From NCBI GenBank assembly GCA_963707635.1, contig OY970173.1, forward strand, positions 2,784,001 to 2,848,000: DNA of 64,000 nt, written 5' to 3'. Position numbers and translations under genes: made by a program. This DNA is from Candidatus Latescibacterota bacterium. GTDB lineage: Bacteria > Krumholzibacteriota > Krumholzibacteriia > WVZY01 > JAKEHA01. Shown piece by piece: positions 37,891-46,532 of this stretch. The notes under the pieces were generated by a model, which saw nothing but the letters and a program-made list of their open reading frames with translations, searched no databases and was not told where the DNA came from. Each line of letters opens with the position of its first letter. The stretch's first letter is position 1.

Positions 37891-38691
37891 ATGGATAAGT
37901 TCACAGTAGCGATTTTTCCGAACGAAGCCGCGGCCTATCAAGGGACACGCGTTTTCAAGGAACTGGACAAGGAACGCAGCCTGACGCTCTACGGCATGGC
38001 CGTGATCGCCAAGGACATGAATGGGAAAGTGACGATCAAGGAGGCCGCGGACCGGGGACCGCTGGGGACGGCGGTGGGCGGTCTGACGGGCGGACTGATC
38101 GGCCTGCTCGGCGGTCCAGTGGGAGCGGCGGTCGGGCTTGGAAGCGGTGCGCTGCTCGGGAGCCTGGTCGACCTTTCCAACCTCGGCGTGAGCACGAGCT
38201 TCGTGGACACCGTCCTGCAGGAAGTCACACCGGGCAAGGCCGCCGTCGTCGCCGAAATGGAGGAGGAATGGATCACGCCGCTCGACACGCGGATGGAGGC
38301 CATCGGCGGCGTCGTGGTACGTGAGCCGCGGGCTGATTTCGAGTACCTGCAGTACCAGGAGGAAGTCGTGGCGCTGAAGGATGAGCTCGCGGAACTCAAG
38401 GCCGAATTCGCCCAGTCCAAGGACAAAAACCGCGCGAAGTTGAAAGCGCGGATTGACCAGACAGAGAAGAAGCTCGAGGGCGCCTCTGCCAGAGCCGAAG
38501 CATGGATGGATCGCCGCCGGGAGGAGACGGAAGCGAAGGTCAAGGCGCTGCAGGCCCGTGCCGAAAAGGCAAGTGCCGAGACGAAGGCAAGAAACCAGAA
38601 GCGCGCCGCGGAGATTCGAGCCGAAAGCGAGCGCCGGTCGGCCCTGATGCAGCAAGCATCGACGCTGGTGAAAGAGGCGCTCAGACATTAG
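37891..38691 (+). CDS. DUF1269-like glycine-zipper membrane protein with C-terminal coiled coil
   Basis: 'GTAVGGLTGGLIGLLGGPVGAAVG'; E/K/A-rich tail. Confidence 0.78.
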   Translation: MDKFTVAIFPNEAAAYQGTRVFKELDKERSLTLYGMAVIAKDMNGKVTIKEAADRGPLGTAVGGLTGGLIGLLGGPVGAAVGLGSGALLGSLVDLSNLGVSTSFVDTVLQEVTPGKAAVVAEMEEEWITPLDTRMEAIGGVVVREPRADFEYLQYQEEVVALKDELAELKAEFAQSKDKNRAKLKARIDQTEKKLEGASARAEAWMDRRREETEAKVKALQARAEKASAETKARNQKRAAEIRAESERRSALMQQASTLVKEALRH

Positions 38692-38794
38692 CCGCGCGCT
38701 CGCGGTCCTGACCGGTGTCAGGTCGCTGGTCGCACAAAGGATCGGGGCCGTTCATGGGAACGGCCCCGCATCCGACGAGAAACGGGGGTCAGTC

Positions 38795-39502
38795 ATGTTT
38801 CCGCTGCGGGACGATATTCCATCGCGCCGCCGACCGGTGGTCGTCTGGGCGCTCGTCCTTCTGAACGCCATCGTCTTCCTGTACGAGATGCAGCTCTCCG
38901 AGGTCGAGCTAACGCAGTTCATCGAACGGTTCGCACTGACGCCGGCGGCGCTGACGGCTCCAAGCGGACTGCTCCACCACTGGACGACGCTCTTCACTCA
39001 CATGTTTCTGCATGGTGGCTGGCTTCACGTCATCGGCAACCTATGGTACCTGTGGATCTTCGGCGACAACGTCCTGGATCGCTTTGGCAGCGGGCGATTC
39101 CTGCTGCTCTATGTTGCGGGTGGGCTCGTGGCGGCTACGCTCCAGGTTTGTCTCAATCCCCAGATGCAGGCGCCGATGGTGGGCGCAAGCGGTGCGATTG
39201 CCGCCGTACTGGGTGCGTACCTCGTGCTCTATCCCAGGGCGCGCGTGATCACTTTCATTCCGATCTTTGTGTTCATCAAGCGGGTGAGTGTCCCGGCCGT
39301 CGTCTGGCTCGGGCTCTGGTTTGTAGAACAGTATCTCCTCGGAACGGGGTCTCGCTCCGATGCGACTGAAAGCGGAGGCGTCGCCTACTGGGCGCACGTC
39401 GGTGGTTTTCTCTTCGGGATCCTGGCCGGAATCTGGACGCGCGCGCGGGAAGCTGCGGGGAGAGGGCCGGCGCACGGTATCCGGCCCGCCTTGATGTCGT
39501 GA
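38795..39502 (+). CDS. Rhomboid intramembrane serine protease
   Basis: 'HMFLHGGWLHVIGNLWYLWIFGDN', 'GASGA', 'AYWAHVGGF'. Confidence 0.93.
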   Translation: MFPLRDDIPSRRRPVVVWALVLLNAIVFLYEMQLSEVELTQFIERFALTPAALTAPSGLLHHWTTLFTHMFLHGGWLHVIGNLWYLWIFGDNVLDRFGSGRFLLLYVAGGLVAATLQVCLNPQMQAPMVGASGAIAAVLGAYLVLYPRARVITFIPIFVFIKRVSVPAVVWLGLWFVEQYLLGTGSRSDATESGGVAYWAHVGGFLFGILAGIWTRAREAAGRGPAHGIRPALMS

Positions 39503-39596
39503 TCGTCGTCGGCGTTACGCCATAAATGTCGAAGGAAGAACAATCGTCGCCAGCCGGCGGAACCGTCGTCCGGCGACACAACCTGGGAGGTAGATC

Positions 39597-40313
39597 ATGG
39601 TGGAGATGCTGGCGCGCAACTGGGGATGGGTGCTGATGCGCGGGATCGCGGCGATACTGTTCGGCATGCTCACGCTCTGCAATCCGGGAATCGCACTGAC
39701 GACGCTCGTCATGCTCTTTGGCGCCTACGCGCTCCTCGACGGCGTCTTTATAGCGGTGTCGGCGGTCGCGAACCGGAAGGGCCAGTCGCGCTGGGTGGCA
39801 CTGCTGGTGGGCGGGATCCTGGGGATCGCGGTCGGCATCCAGACCTTCCTGATACCGAGCCTCACGGCGGCCGCTTTGGTAGCATTCATCGCGATCTGGT
39901 CAATCATCATCGGCATCACCGAGATCGTGGCGGCAATCACGCTGCGCAAGGTGCTCTCGGGCGAATGGATGCTTATGCTCGCCGGCCTGGCGTCGGCCGC
40001 CTTCGGCGTATTCCTCATCGCGCGTCCGTCGCTGGGGGCCCTGGCAGTGGTGCTTTGGATCGGCGCCTCGGCGATGGTATCGGGGATCCTGCTTATCGCG
40101 CTGGCCTTCCGACTGCGCAGCTGGGGCCGCAGTCCGGCCATCGCGGCACTCACCGCGCGCGCAGCAGCGTGGCGTGCCGGCGTAGTGTACAAACTCGCGA
40201 GCCCGCGGCCGCCACGGAGCGGCCGCGTCGCTTCCAGGCCGCGTGTGACGGCATTTCGCCGGCGGCCGCGAGGTTCATCGAGAGTCCCTCAGCACACGAA
40301 GGAGACTCATTGA
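39597..40313 (+). CDS. HdeD/DUF308 family membrane protein
   Basis: 'NWGWVLMRGIAAILFG...LFGAYALLDG'; six TMs; the basic C-terminal ~50 aa is uncertain. Confidence 0.85.
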   Translation: MVEMLARNWGWVLMRGIAAILFGMLTLCNPGIALTTLVMLFGAYALLDGVFIAVSAVANRKGQSRWVALLVGGILGIAVGIQTFLIPSLTAAALVAFIAIWSIIIGITEIVAAITLRKVLSGEWMLMLAGLASAAFGVFLIARPSLGALAVVLWIGASAMVSGILLIALAFRLRSWGRSPAIAALTARAAAWRAGVVYKLASPRPPRSGRVASRPRVTAFRRRPRGSSRVPQHTKETH

Positions 40314-40335
40314 GTAGCTCAAAGGAGGAACAATC

Positions 40336-40833
40336 ATGTACGGATTCAAAGCGTTCGTGTTCAATGGCAAGAAGACGGCCAGCAAGGCTTACGATACTCT
40401 CGAAGAGCACATGCCGGTCTACCCGTGGATTGATGACGCCGCCGTGGTGTCGAAGAACAAGCTCGGCTTCACCCGGGTTTACAGCACCTGGGCGCAGGAC
40501 GACACCGCGGTCGGCGTCGGAACCGGTCTCGGCGTAGTGACCGGTGCCCTGCTCGGAGCCATTCTGGGGCCCGGCGTCGCTGCGGCGGGAGCCGCGGTGG
40601 GTGGTTCAGTGGGCGCCGTGTCCGGCGCGGTCGGCGAAAGCGTCCTCAGCGACCCGCGCTTGGACGACTTTGCGGCGTCGCTCGCGAAGGACACCTCGGC
40701 GTTGATTCTGGTCGGCGAGAGAGCCTCGATCCTCGACTTCACCTCGGCGGTCGCGCCCTACGGTGGAAAGATCATCGAGACCAACCTCGACGAGAAGGAC
40801 GTCAAGGCCCTGAGGAAGTCTCTCAAGAAGTAG
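40336..40833 (+). CDS. DUF1269-like glycine-zipper membrane protein
   Basis: AAGGAGG RBS; 'IDDAAVV', Gly/Ala-rich hairpin, 'GGKIIETNL'. Confidence 0.78.
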   Translation: MYGFKAFVFNGKKTASKAYDTLEEHMPVYPWIDDAAVVSKNKLGFTRVYSTWAQDDTAVGVGTGLGVVTGALLGAILGPGVAAAGAAVGGSVGAVSGAVGESVLSDPRLDDFAASLAKDTSALILVGERASILDFTSAVAPYGGKIIETNLDEKDVKALRKSLKK

Positions 40834-40870
40834 GGAGCCGTCGATCCCGATGCCCGGCGGGAGCGATCTG

Positions 40871-40915
40871 GGGGCGACGCGCCAACACAAGGTTGGCCCG
40901 TCGCCCCTCTTTTTT
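40871..40915 (+). terminator. Intrinsic terminator
   Basis: GGGGCGACG-CGCCAAC...GTTGGC-CCGTCGCCCC hairpin followed by TCTTTTTT. Confidence 0.8.
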
Positions 40916-40979
40916 CGCGTCGGCGCGGCCCATTTAGGACGCAGAGCGCTTCATCATGAGCAGCGATGCCACAAAGGGT

Positions 40980-41050
40980 TGGTGGAGGCGGCGGCGAGCG
41001 AAGCGAAGCTCAGAGCCGACCTCTGGCTTGTGTTCTACACAAACAGAGTT
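40980..41050 (-). repeat. tmRNA-linked ~70-bp repeat unit (copy next to junction B)
   Basis: First 42 bp are identical to 46464-46505; tail TTGTGTTCTACACAAACAGAG resembles 46441-46461. Confidence 0.85.
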
Positions 41051-41225
41051 TGGTGGAGGAGGCGGGAATCGAACTCTGTCGATGGAGAAACTCTAACACG
41101 TTGATGGCGTGTGGTTTCGGATGCTACGAGTTGAAACATCGCCAGTTAGGTGACCGCTGCTTCTCCACTCCAGTCCTCTGCAGTCTTCTGGAATCGACCC
41201 ACGTCATGGAGACATTTTGGAGACG
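41051..41225 (-). mobile_element. att-like junction B: ssrA 3'-end duplicate (1 mismatch) plus conserved arm, 175 bp
   Basis: TGGTGGAGGAGGCGGGAATCGAAC ... CATGGAGACATTTTGGAGACG. Confidence 0.85.
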
Positions 41226-41248
41226 CCACGCAGCGTTCGCTCGGGACG

Positions 41249-42733
41249 TTAGTGCTGCGTGGGCAGATCTGAGGAATGTAGCAGCTCCACAACCAGCCGC
41301 TGCTCCTCGTTGCCTCCCTCGTCGTGCCACCGAACGCGCGTGATCTGGATGGACCGGTTCGTGATCCACAGCGGATCGGACACGGCCCATTCGGAGCCAT
41401 CGAGTAGGCACCACGAATCACCCGTCGCGGCGTCCGCAATCCACAGGTCGGCCGCAATGGTGTCGCCCACGTGGTGCAGCCGTGTCGGACGCGAGAATGC
41501 AATCCACCGCCCATCCCGGCTCCAGGAGAATTCATGCGACGCGCCCACCTTCAGACTGTCGATAACCGTTACTCGGGCATCGGGAACGGTGACAGTGTAG
41601 AGAAGGGCTCCGCTCCACTTGCGGGAGATGCCGCTTACTGCGATGGTGCGTGAGTCCGGCGACCACTTCGATTCAGTCCCGTCGGTGAGGTCGCCTTCCA
41701 TGACGATCTTGGACGCCGTCACGTCGACCACCGTCAATTGATAGGGATTCAGATGCGATTTCCAGACCACGCAGCTAAGGCAGCGGCCGTCCGGCGACCA
41801 TTGAGGCAAGGACGCCGGCGTCTCTAGCAAACGGCGCGATTCTCCAGTCGCGACATCGACGATCTCCACGTAACCCCTGCGCGAAACAATCACGACGCGT
41901 GCAACCAGAGAGTCCGGCCCAGGCACGTAGTTTCGGTCCGACGACGACCGGAGATAATCCGTTTTTGTTTCGAAGGGGACGTCGTCAGCCCACGGCTCTC
42001 GCAAAGCCACGACTTTCCACGGATTCACGGACGCGTGATTGCGGACTGCGCTGCACTTGACGGCAGTCAGGAGCAGACTTTCGTCGCCCGGCGCAAACTC
42101 TCCAACGGCGACATCGTCCAATCCGAAGCTCGCCCCGTTCTTCCCCACGACGCGGAAGCCAAACTGAACCTTCTTGCCGGCCCACGCCGACAGATCGACA
42201 AAACGTTCGCGGTAGATGAATGGATCCGCCGGTGACTCATTGCCAGTGATCGACCAGAGAGACGTCCAGCCTGTCGTACCCGCTTCACGAATGTTGAGCG
42301 ATCCATCGAGCACACTCGACCACTGCGTATTCCCGGACCAGGAAAACTTGATTGCCTTGTCGGTCGCTCCGAGCGCCACCACCGGCGTGATCAGCCACTC
42401 GTCGATAGCTCTCGGTGACTCGCTTCCGACATACGCCGCCGCGCTCCCGGTTCCAATGTTGTCGGGATCGGTGGTTCGGTGCCAGGCGTGCGGCAGAGGC
42501 AGGCCTGCGCTCTTCGTGCTCCAGCCCGGCGGCGGAAAGGTTGCGCCCTCGAATCCCTCCGCCAGTGTGGCTGGCGGTACACGTCCCGCCGGTACCGCCG
42601 ACTGGGATCGTTGGGAAGCAGCCAACGGCGTGCATTCTGGTACTCCGTGGGCGTTGCCGACGATGAACGTGGGAACGCTGAGGAGAAGCCCGGCAATAAA
42701 CGCCTTCATAAGGAGTGTCATGGGTCGCTTCAT
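41249..42733 (-). CDS. Secreted protein: cleaved-adhesin/choice-of-anchor-J-like domain plus TolB-like (PD40) propeller
   Basis: 'EGFEGATFPPPGW', 'DEWLITP', 'VDLSAWAGKKVQFGFR', 'LDDV'; then 'WSPDG', 'WSPDS', 'WSRDGRWIAF'. Confidence 0.72.
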   Translation of the reverse strand: MKRPMTLLMKAFIAGLLLSVPTFIVGNAHGVPECTPLAASQRSQSAVPAGRVPPATLAEGFEGATFPPPGWSTKSAGLPLPHAWHRTTDPDNIGTGSAAAYVGSESPRAIDEWLITPVVALGATDKAIKFSWSGNTQWSSVLDGSLNIREAGTTGWTSLWSITGNESPADPFIYRERFVDLSAWAGKKVQFGFRVVGKNGASFGLDDVAVGEFAPGDESLLLTAVKCSAVRNHASVNPWKVVALREPWADDVPFETKTDYLRSSSDRNYVPGPDSLVARVVIVSRRGYVEIVDVATGESRRLLETPASLPQWSPDGRCLSCVVWKSHLNPYQLTVVDVTASKIVMEGDLTDGTESKWSPDSRTIAVSGISRKWSGALLYTVTVPDARVTVIDSLKVGASHEFSWSRDGRWIAFSRPTRLHHVGDTIAADLWIADAATGDSWCLLDGSEWAVSDPLWITNRSIQITRVRWHDEGGNEEQRLVVELLHSSDLPTQH

Positions 42734-43033
42734 TGGATCATCGTGCGAGTGCGACAGGTCGCTGCATAACCTTCGCCATTTCACGACCAGAAGGGACCGC
42801 TGAAAGGTGCTGCAGAGGTGCGTTCAATGCAGAGTGTCCGCGGAGTAGTTAGCTAACGCGGCGATGCCACCCAAGCGACGACTAGATACGAAGCGGCGGG
42901 AACTGCGGAAACGCGGATTTCGTCATGGAAACGGCGAGCGGCATAAGTTGTTCACGCTTCAGCGGTTGGTTACAATGGCACGCAAGTCGCGCTTCGCGCG
43001 AGCACTCATAACTCTATACGAATACACAAGAAA

Positions 43034-43208
43034 TGGTGGAGGCGGCGGGAATCGAACCCTGTTGCGAACGAAACATTAACCTGATGATGGCGTGCGATTT
43101 CGGTTGTTGTGAGTTGAGAGATCGCAGGTTAGTTGACCGCCGCTTGTCCACTTCAGTCCTCTTGAGTCTACCGGACTCAACCCACGTCATGGAGACATTT
43201 TGGAGACG
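43034..43208 (-). mobile_element. att-like junction C: ssrA 3'-end duplicate plus conserved arm, 175 bp
   Basis: TGGTGGAGGCGGCGGGAATCGAACCC matches ssrA; ends CATGGAGACATTTTGGAGACG. Confidence 0.85.
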
Positions 43209-43402
43209 GGTTTGACCTTCGCCCTTGTGCGGAGTTACTTTTATGGTGAATTGCCAGTCGGTTCTCGCCCGTCTCCGGGCAAAGATGTGGGCTTGAAAGT
43301 GTCCACCGTTCGGATTACGCTGCCTGCATTCCGGCCCGGTGATTTCATTCCGGAGACCTCCTTTCTTGCGGTTAACTCCAGGCGGCCATCGGCCCAAGGA
43401 GC

Positions 43403-46324
43403 GTGACGCGCTTGCCAACTCCGCGCGATTTCATCCTGCACCGCAGTTTCTTCGCCATGCTCGTACTGGCGGTCCCGCTCTTCCCGGCGCTGCTCTCCGC
43501 GGCAGAGAACGCGACCTCGACGGCCGTTCCTGCTCCGGCCGCGCCCGTGCGCCATGCGCCGTCGATTGATCGCAACGCCATCCAGGCCGCCGTTCAGGAA
43601 TTCCAGTCTTCCCAGTCACCCCGCTGGACGGTGTCGTGGGACCCGGTGAGCGGTCTCCCTCGAATGCTGACTGGCCAGACCACGCGCTCCTACGGGGCCA
43701 CATCGGAAGCCGCCGCGCTGGCATTCGCTGGCGAGCATCGGATGCTTCTGGGCTTGATCGATGAGAAACACTCGGTGCGCCTGGTTGGAACGAAACTCAT
43801 GCGCACCCAATGGCGCGTAACGCTGCAACAACAATTCGCCGGGATCGACGTCCTCGATGGGACGATTCAGGTGGTCGTGGACGGGAAAGGCCGCGTCCTA
43901 TATGTGACAAACTCGGCGTGGCCGGTTTCCGCCGTCGATTTCTCGATCGATGTCGGTGAGAGCGCCGTACGCTCCTCGATCGCCCGGCGGTTCAGTGGCG
44001 AAGACGTCACCTACAATGACGGACCCCGCCGCGTGATCTACCCATCCGGGAATGGGCGGCTCGCGTATGTGGCGTACGTGCTCGCCGGCCCGCAGGGGCC
44101 GTGGCGCGTCCTCGTCGATGCGCGGACGGGCGGCATCCTGGAAGCGCGGCGGTTGGTGGTCGAGGAGAAGCAGGCCCCATCGCAGGATGCCGCGACGCAG
44201 CAGAATCCGTCGCGCCCCGCGGACGTCGCCGACGTCAATGATCCGTGTGCCCGCGAGTGGAACGAGATGGGGGGAGCCGCGGTGATCGAGGTCCCGGATC
44301 CTGCAGACCCGTACTATGTCGACGTAAAGGTTGGCGTGCCCGGTCTCGGCGAGTTTCAACCGCAGGGGATCGGGACGTCCGCTGCGGGGATCAAACTCTT
44401 TCCGTGCATTTATTACACAATCCAGGTCGACTACAACGTGCACACCTGGGGTGGCTGGAATACTCCCAACGGCTTCCGTGATGTCTTCTTCGTCAACGTC
44501 AACAACATGAACTGGTACTGGAATCTCGGGCTCATTCCGCAGGCGCAGCTGTTCTGTACGACCGCCTACAACGACATGGGACTGATTCTCCCCGGCAAGG
44601 CCTGGGTCGCCGGCGGGAATCGATGCGGCGACGGCCTCTTGTGCGATCTGGTGGGATCGTTCCAGTTCGACATCATCGAACCGAACAACACCAAAGAGCT
44701 CTATCTCTCGGTTGGGATGCAGCGGGTCTCAGTTTCGTGTCCGTCATGGGGGACCATCCGGGTCAAGATCATCGCGAAGTCCCGTGTCTTCGACCCCAAC
44801 CCGGTGACCACGCTGAACCAGCCCTTCACGGACCAGGATGACGCCAACGAAGCCGTTCCCTGCGACGCGTACATCGGCGTCGACCTTCCGAATCTTACCC
44901 CGCCGCCGCCCGGGCAACCCTGGACTCTCACGGGCGACTATTGCGAGATCGTGGACATCACGGCCCCTGCCAAAACGTACACCTCGGCGCGCGACCCGAA
45001 TTTCCCCTATCTGCGCCGGTGCGACATGTTCGAAGCGGTGAATGCCTACTACCACATCACGACCAACCAGCTCTACATCCAGTCTCTCGGTTTTACCGGC
45101 CTTTCCGGCATCAACAACCGCGCGCATCGCGTGGACCCGCATGGGATGGATCACGTGGACAACTCGCAATACGTCGGTAATCCCCCGGGACTTGGCTACA
45201 TCGAGTTCGGCGAGGCCTTTGTCGACGACGCCGAAGACGCCGACGTGATCCTCCACGAGTACGGCCACTCGATTCAGGACAACCAGACATTCGGCTATTA
45301 CCTCGGGACTGGCGCAGGCAACGGCTTCGGCAACGAGACGTGGGCGATGGGCGAGGGGTTCGCCGACTACTGGGCGTGCAGCAACTTTGCCGACGAGAGT
45401 ACCGCGAGCGGCTTCGACCCCGCCGCGTACGGCGAGTGGAACAAACAGAACATGACCGGGACCCGCAGGGTCGACAAGAACAAGATCTATCCGACGAATA
45501 TGGAAAGCGAAGAACACGCCGACGGAGAGATCTGGTCGCGCACGCTGTGGGACCTCTTTCAGGCAGTCGGGAAGACGACCTCTGACGTGCTCATACTGGA
45601 GAGTCACTATCTCGTTCCTTCACGTCCATTGTTCAGCGACGGCGCCAAGGCGTTGATTGCAGCGGACGCAGTTGCCAACGCGGGCGCCAACAAGAATACG
45701 ATTGTCGCCATCTACGTCGATCGCGGCATCTTCCGTAGTCTCGCCGTTGCATCGTCGCCCATCAACGGCGTGCCGATCACCGTGTCGAGGCAGGACGTAC
45801 GTGGCGATCAAAGTGATGCCACCGACTTCAACCGGACGTATGCGTGGGGGGACTCGGTATCGCTCGACGCACCGCCCTCGTTTGGCGACCGTACTTTCAC
45901 GCGCTGGGATGTGGACGGCGTCGCGGGTGCGAACGGCGACTTGACCGCCGTCGTGCGCATGGACGAATCGCCACCATTTCACTCGGCCATCGCTTACTAC
46001 GATACTCTCCCTGGCGACCCCGGCACGCCCGTCCGTGACATCCCGAAAGCCCTGGCGCTGCTTCAGAATCACCCGAACCCGTTCAACCCGACGACGACGA
46101 TCACGTTCACGTTGCCGAGGGAGATGGAGATCGAGCTTTCGGTGTTCGACGTGGCGGGCCGGCGGGTGGCCACACTCCGGAGCGGACGCGAACGGGCAGG
46201 CGTCTATGCCGTGGTGTGGGATGGACGGAGCGCGGCCGGTGAGACGGTGAGCTCGGGCGTGTACATCTACCGGTTGCGAGCGGGCCAAACGGTTCTGACG
46301 AGGAAGATGACACTACTCAAGTAG
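43403..46324 (+). CDS. M36/M4-like (fungalysin) metalloprotease with FTP/PepSY propeptide and FlgD-Ig CTD
   Basis: 'LQQQFAGIDV', 'VLVDARTGGIL', 'ILHEYGH', 'GEGFADYW', 'EEHADGEIW', 'NHPNPFNP...RKMTLLK'; start could be 43457. Confidence 0.88.
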   Translation: MTRLPTPRDFILHRSFFAMLVLAVPLFPALLSAAENATSTAVPAPAAPVRHAPSIDRNAIQAAVQEFQSSQSPRWTVSWDPVSGLPRMLTGQTTRSYGATSEAAALAFAGEHRMLLGLIDEKHSVRLVGTKLMRTQWRVTLQQQFAGIDVLDGTIQVVVDGKGRVLYVTNSAWPVSAVDFSIDVGESAVRSSIARRFSGEDVTYNDGPRRVIYPSGNGRLAYVAYVLAGPQGPWRVLVDARTGGILEARRLVVEEKQAPSQDAATQQNPSRPADVADVNDPCAREWNEMGGAAVIEVPDPADPYYVDVKVGVPGLGEFQPQGIGTSAAGIKLFPCIYYTIQVDYNVHTWGGWNTPNGFRDVFFVNVNNMNWYWNLGLIPQAQLFCTTAYNDMGLILPGKAWVAGGNRCGDGLLCDLVGSFQFDIIEPNNTKELYLSVGMQRVSVSCPSWGTIRVKIIAKSRVFDPNPVTTLNQPFTDQDDANEAVPCDAYIGVDLPNLTPPPPGQPWTLTGDYCEIVDITAPAKTYTSARDPNFPYLRRCDMFEAVNAYYHITTNQLYIQSLGFTGLSGINNRAHRVDPHGMDHVDNSQYVGNPPGLGYIEFGEAFVDDAEDADVILHEYGHSIQDNQTFGYYLGTGAGNGFGNETWAMGEGFADYWACSNFADESTASGFDPAAYGEWNKQNMTGTRRVDKNKIYPTNMESEEHADGEIWSRTLWDLFQAVGKTTSDVLILESHYLVPSRPLFSDGAKALIAADAVANAGANKNTIVAIYVDRGIFRSLAVASSPINGVPITVSRQDVRGDQSDATDFNRTYAWGDSVSLDAPPSFGDRTFTRWDVDGVAGANGDLTAVVRMDESPPFHSAIAYYDTLPGDPGTPVRDIPKALALLQNHPNPFNPTTTITFTLPREMEIELSVFDVAGRRVATLRSGRERAGVYAVVWDGRSAAGETVSSGVYIYRLRAGQTVLTRKMTLLK

Positions 46325-46388
46325 TCCGCGTCTGATCGAAGCGGCGCACAGAGCCAACGCATGGTCCTCGTTCGACGAGAACAGGGTT

Positions 46389-46532
46389 TGGCGGAGGCAG
46401 CGGCTGGCGCGGAACGCGCTGCTCAAAGCCCACCTCAGGTTTGTGTCTTACACAAACAGAGGTTGGTGGAGGCGGCGGCGAGCGAAGCGAAGCTCAGAGC
46501 CGACCGGAGGCTTACTGTTAGTAAGCATGGGT
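46389..46532 (-). repeat. Two tandem tmRNA-linked repeats (75 and 69 bp) directly downstream of ssrA
   Basis: Units start TGGCGGAGGCAGCG (46389) and TGGTGGAGGCGGCG (46464); each has small hairpins (GTTTGTGT/ACACAAAC; GCTTAC/GTAAGC). Confidence 0.8.

Noticed and set aside
30420..43208. Three additional tRNA genes at the GGTTCGATTCCC...CCA motifs
   Set aside because: Only the T arm and acceptor 3' strand are present, and they match ssrA; no cloverleaf can be built upstream.
30420..43208. Classical integron attC sites or MITEs
   Set aside because: No RYYYAAC/GTTRRRY-bounded palindrome, no terminal inverted repeats and no intI; the elements are polar with a tmRNA core.
40850..43418. Small ORFs across the att elements ('MVEAAGIEP...METFWRR')
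   Set aside because: They are translations of the tmRNA-end reverse complement and arm; no RBS, and the frame is not kept open in copy A.
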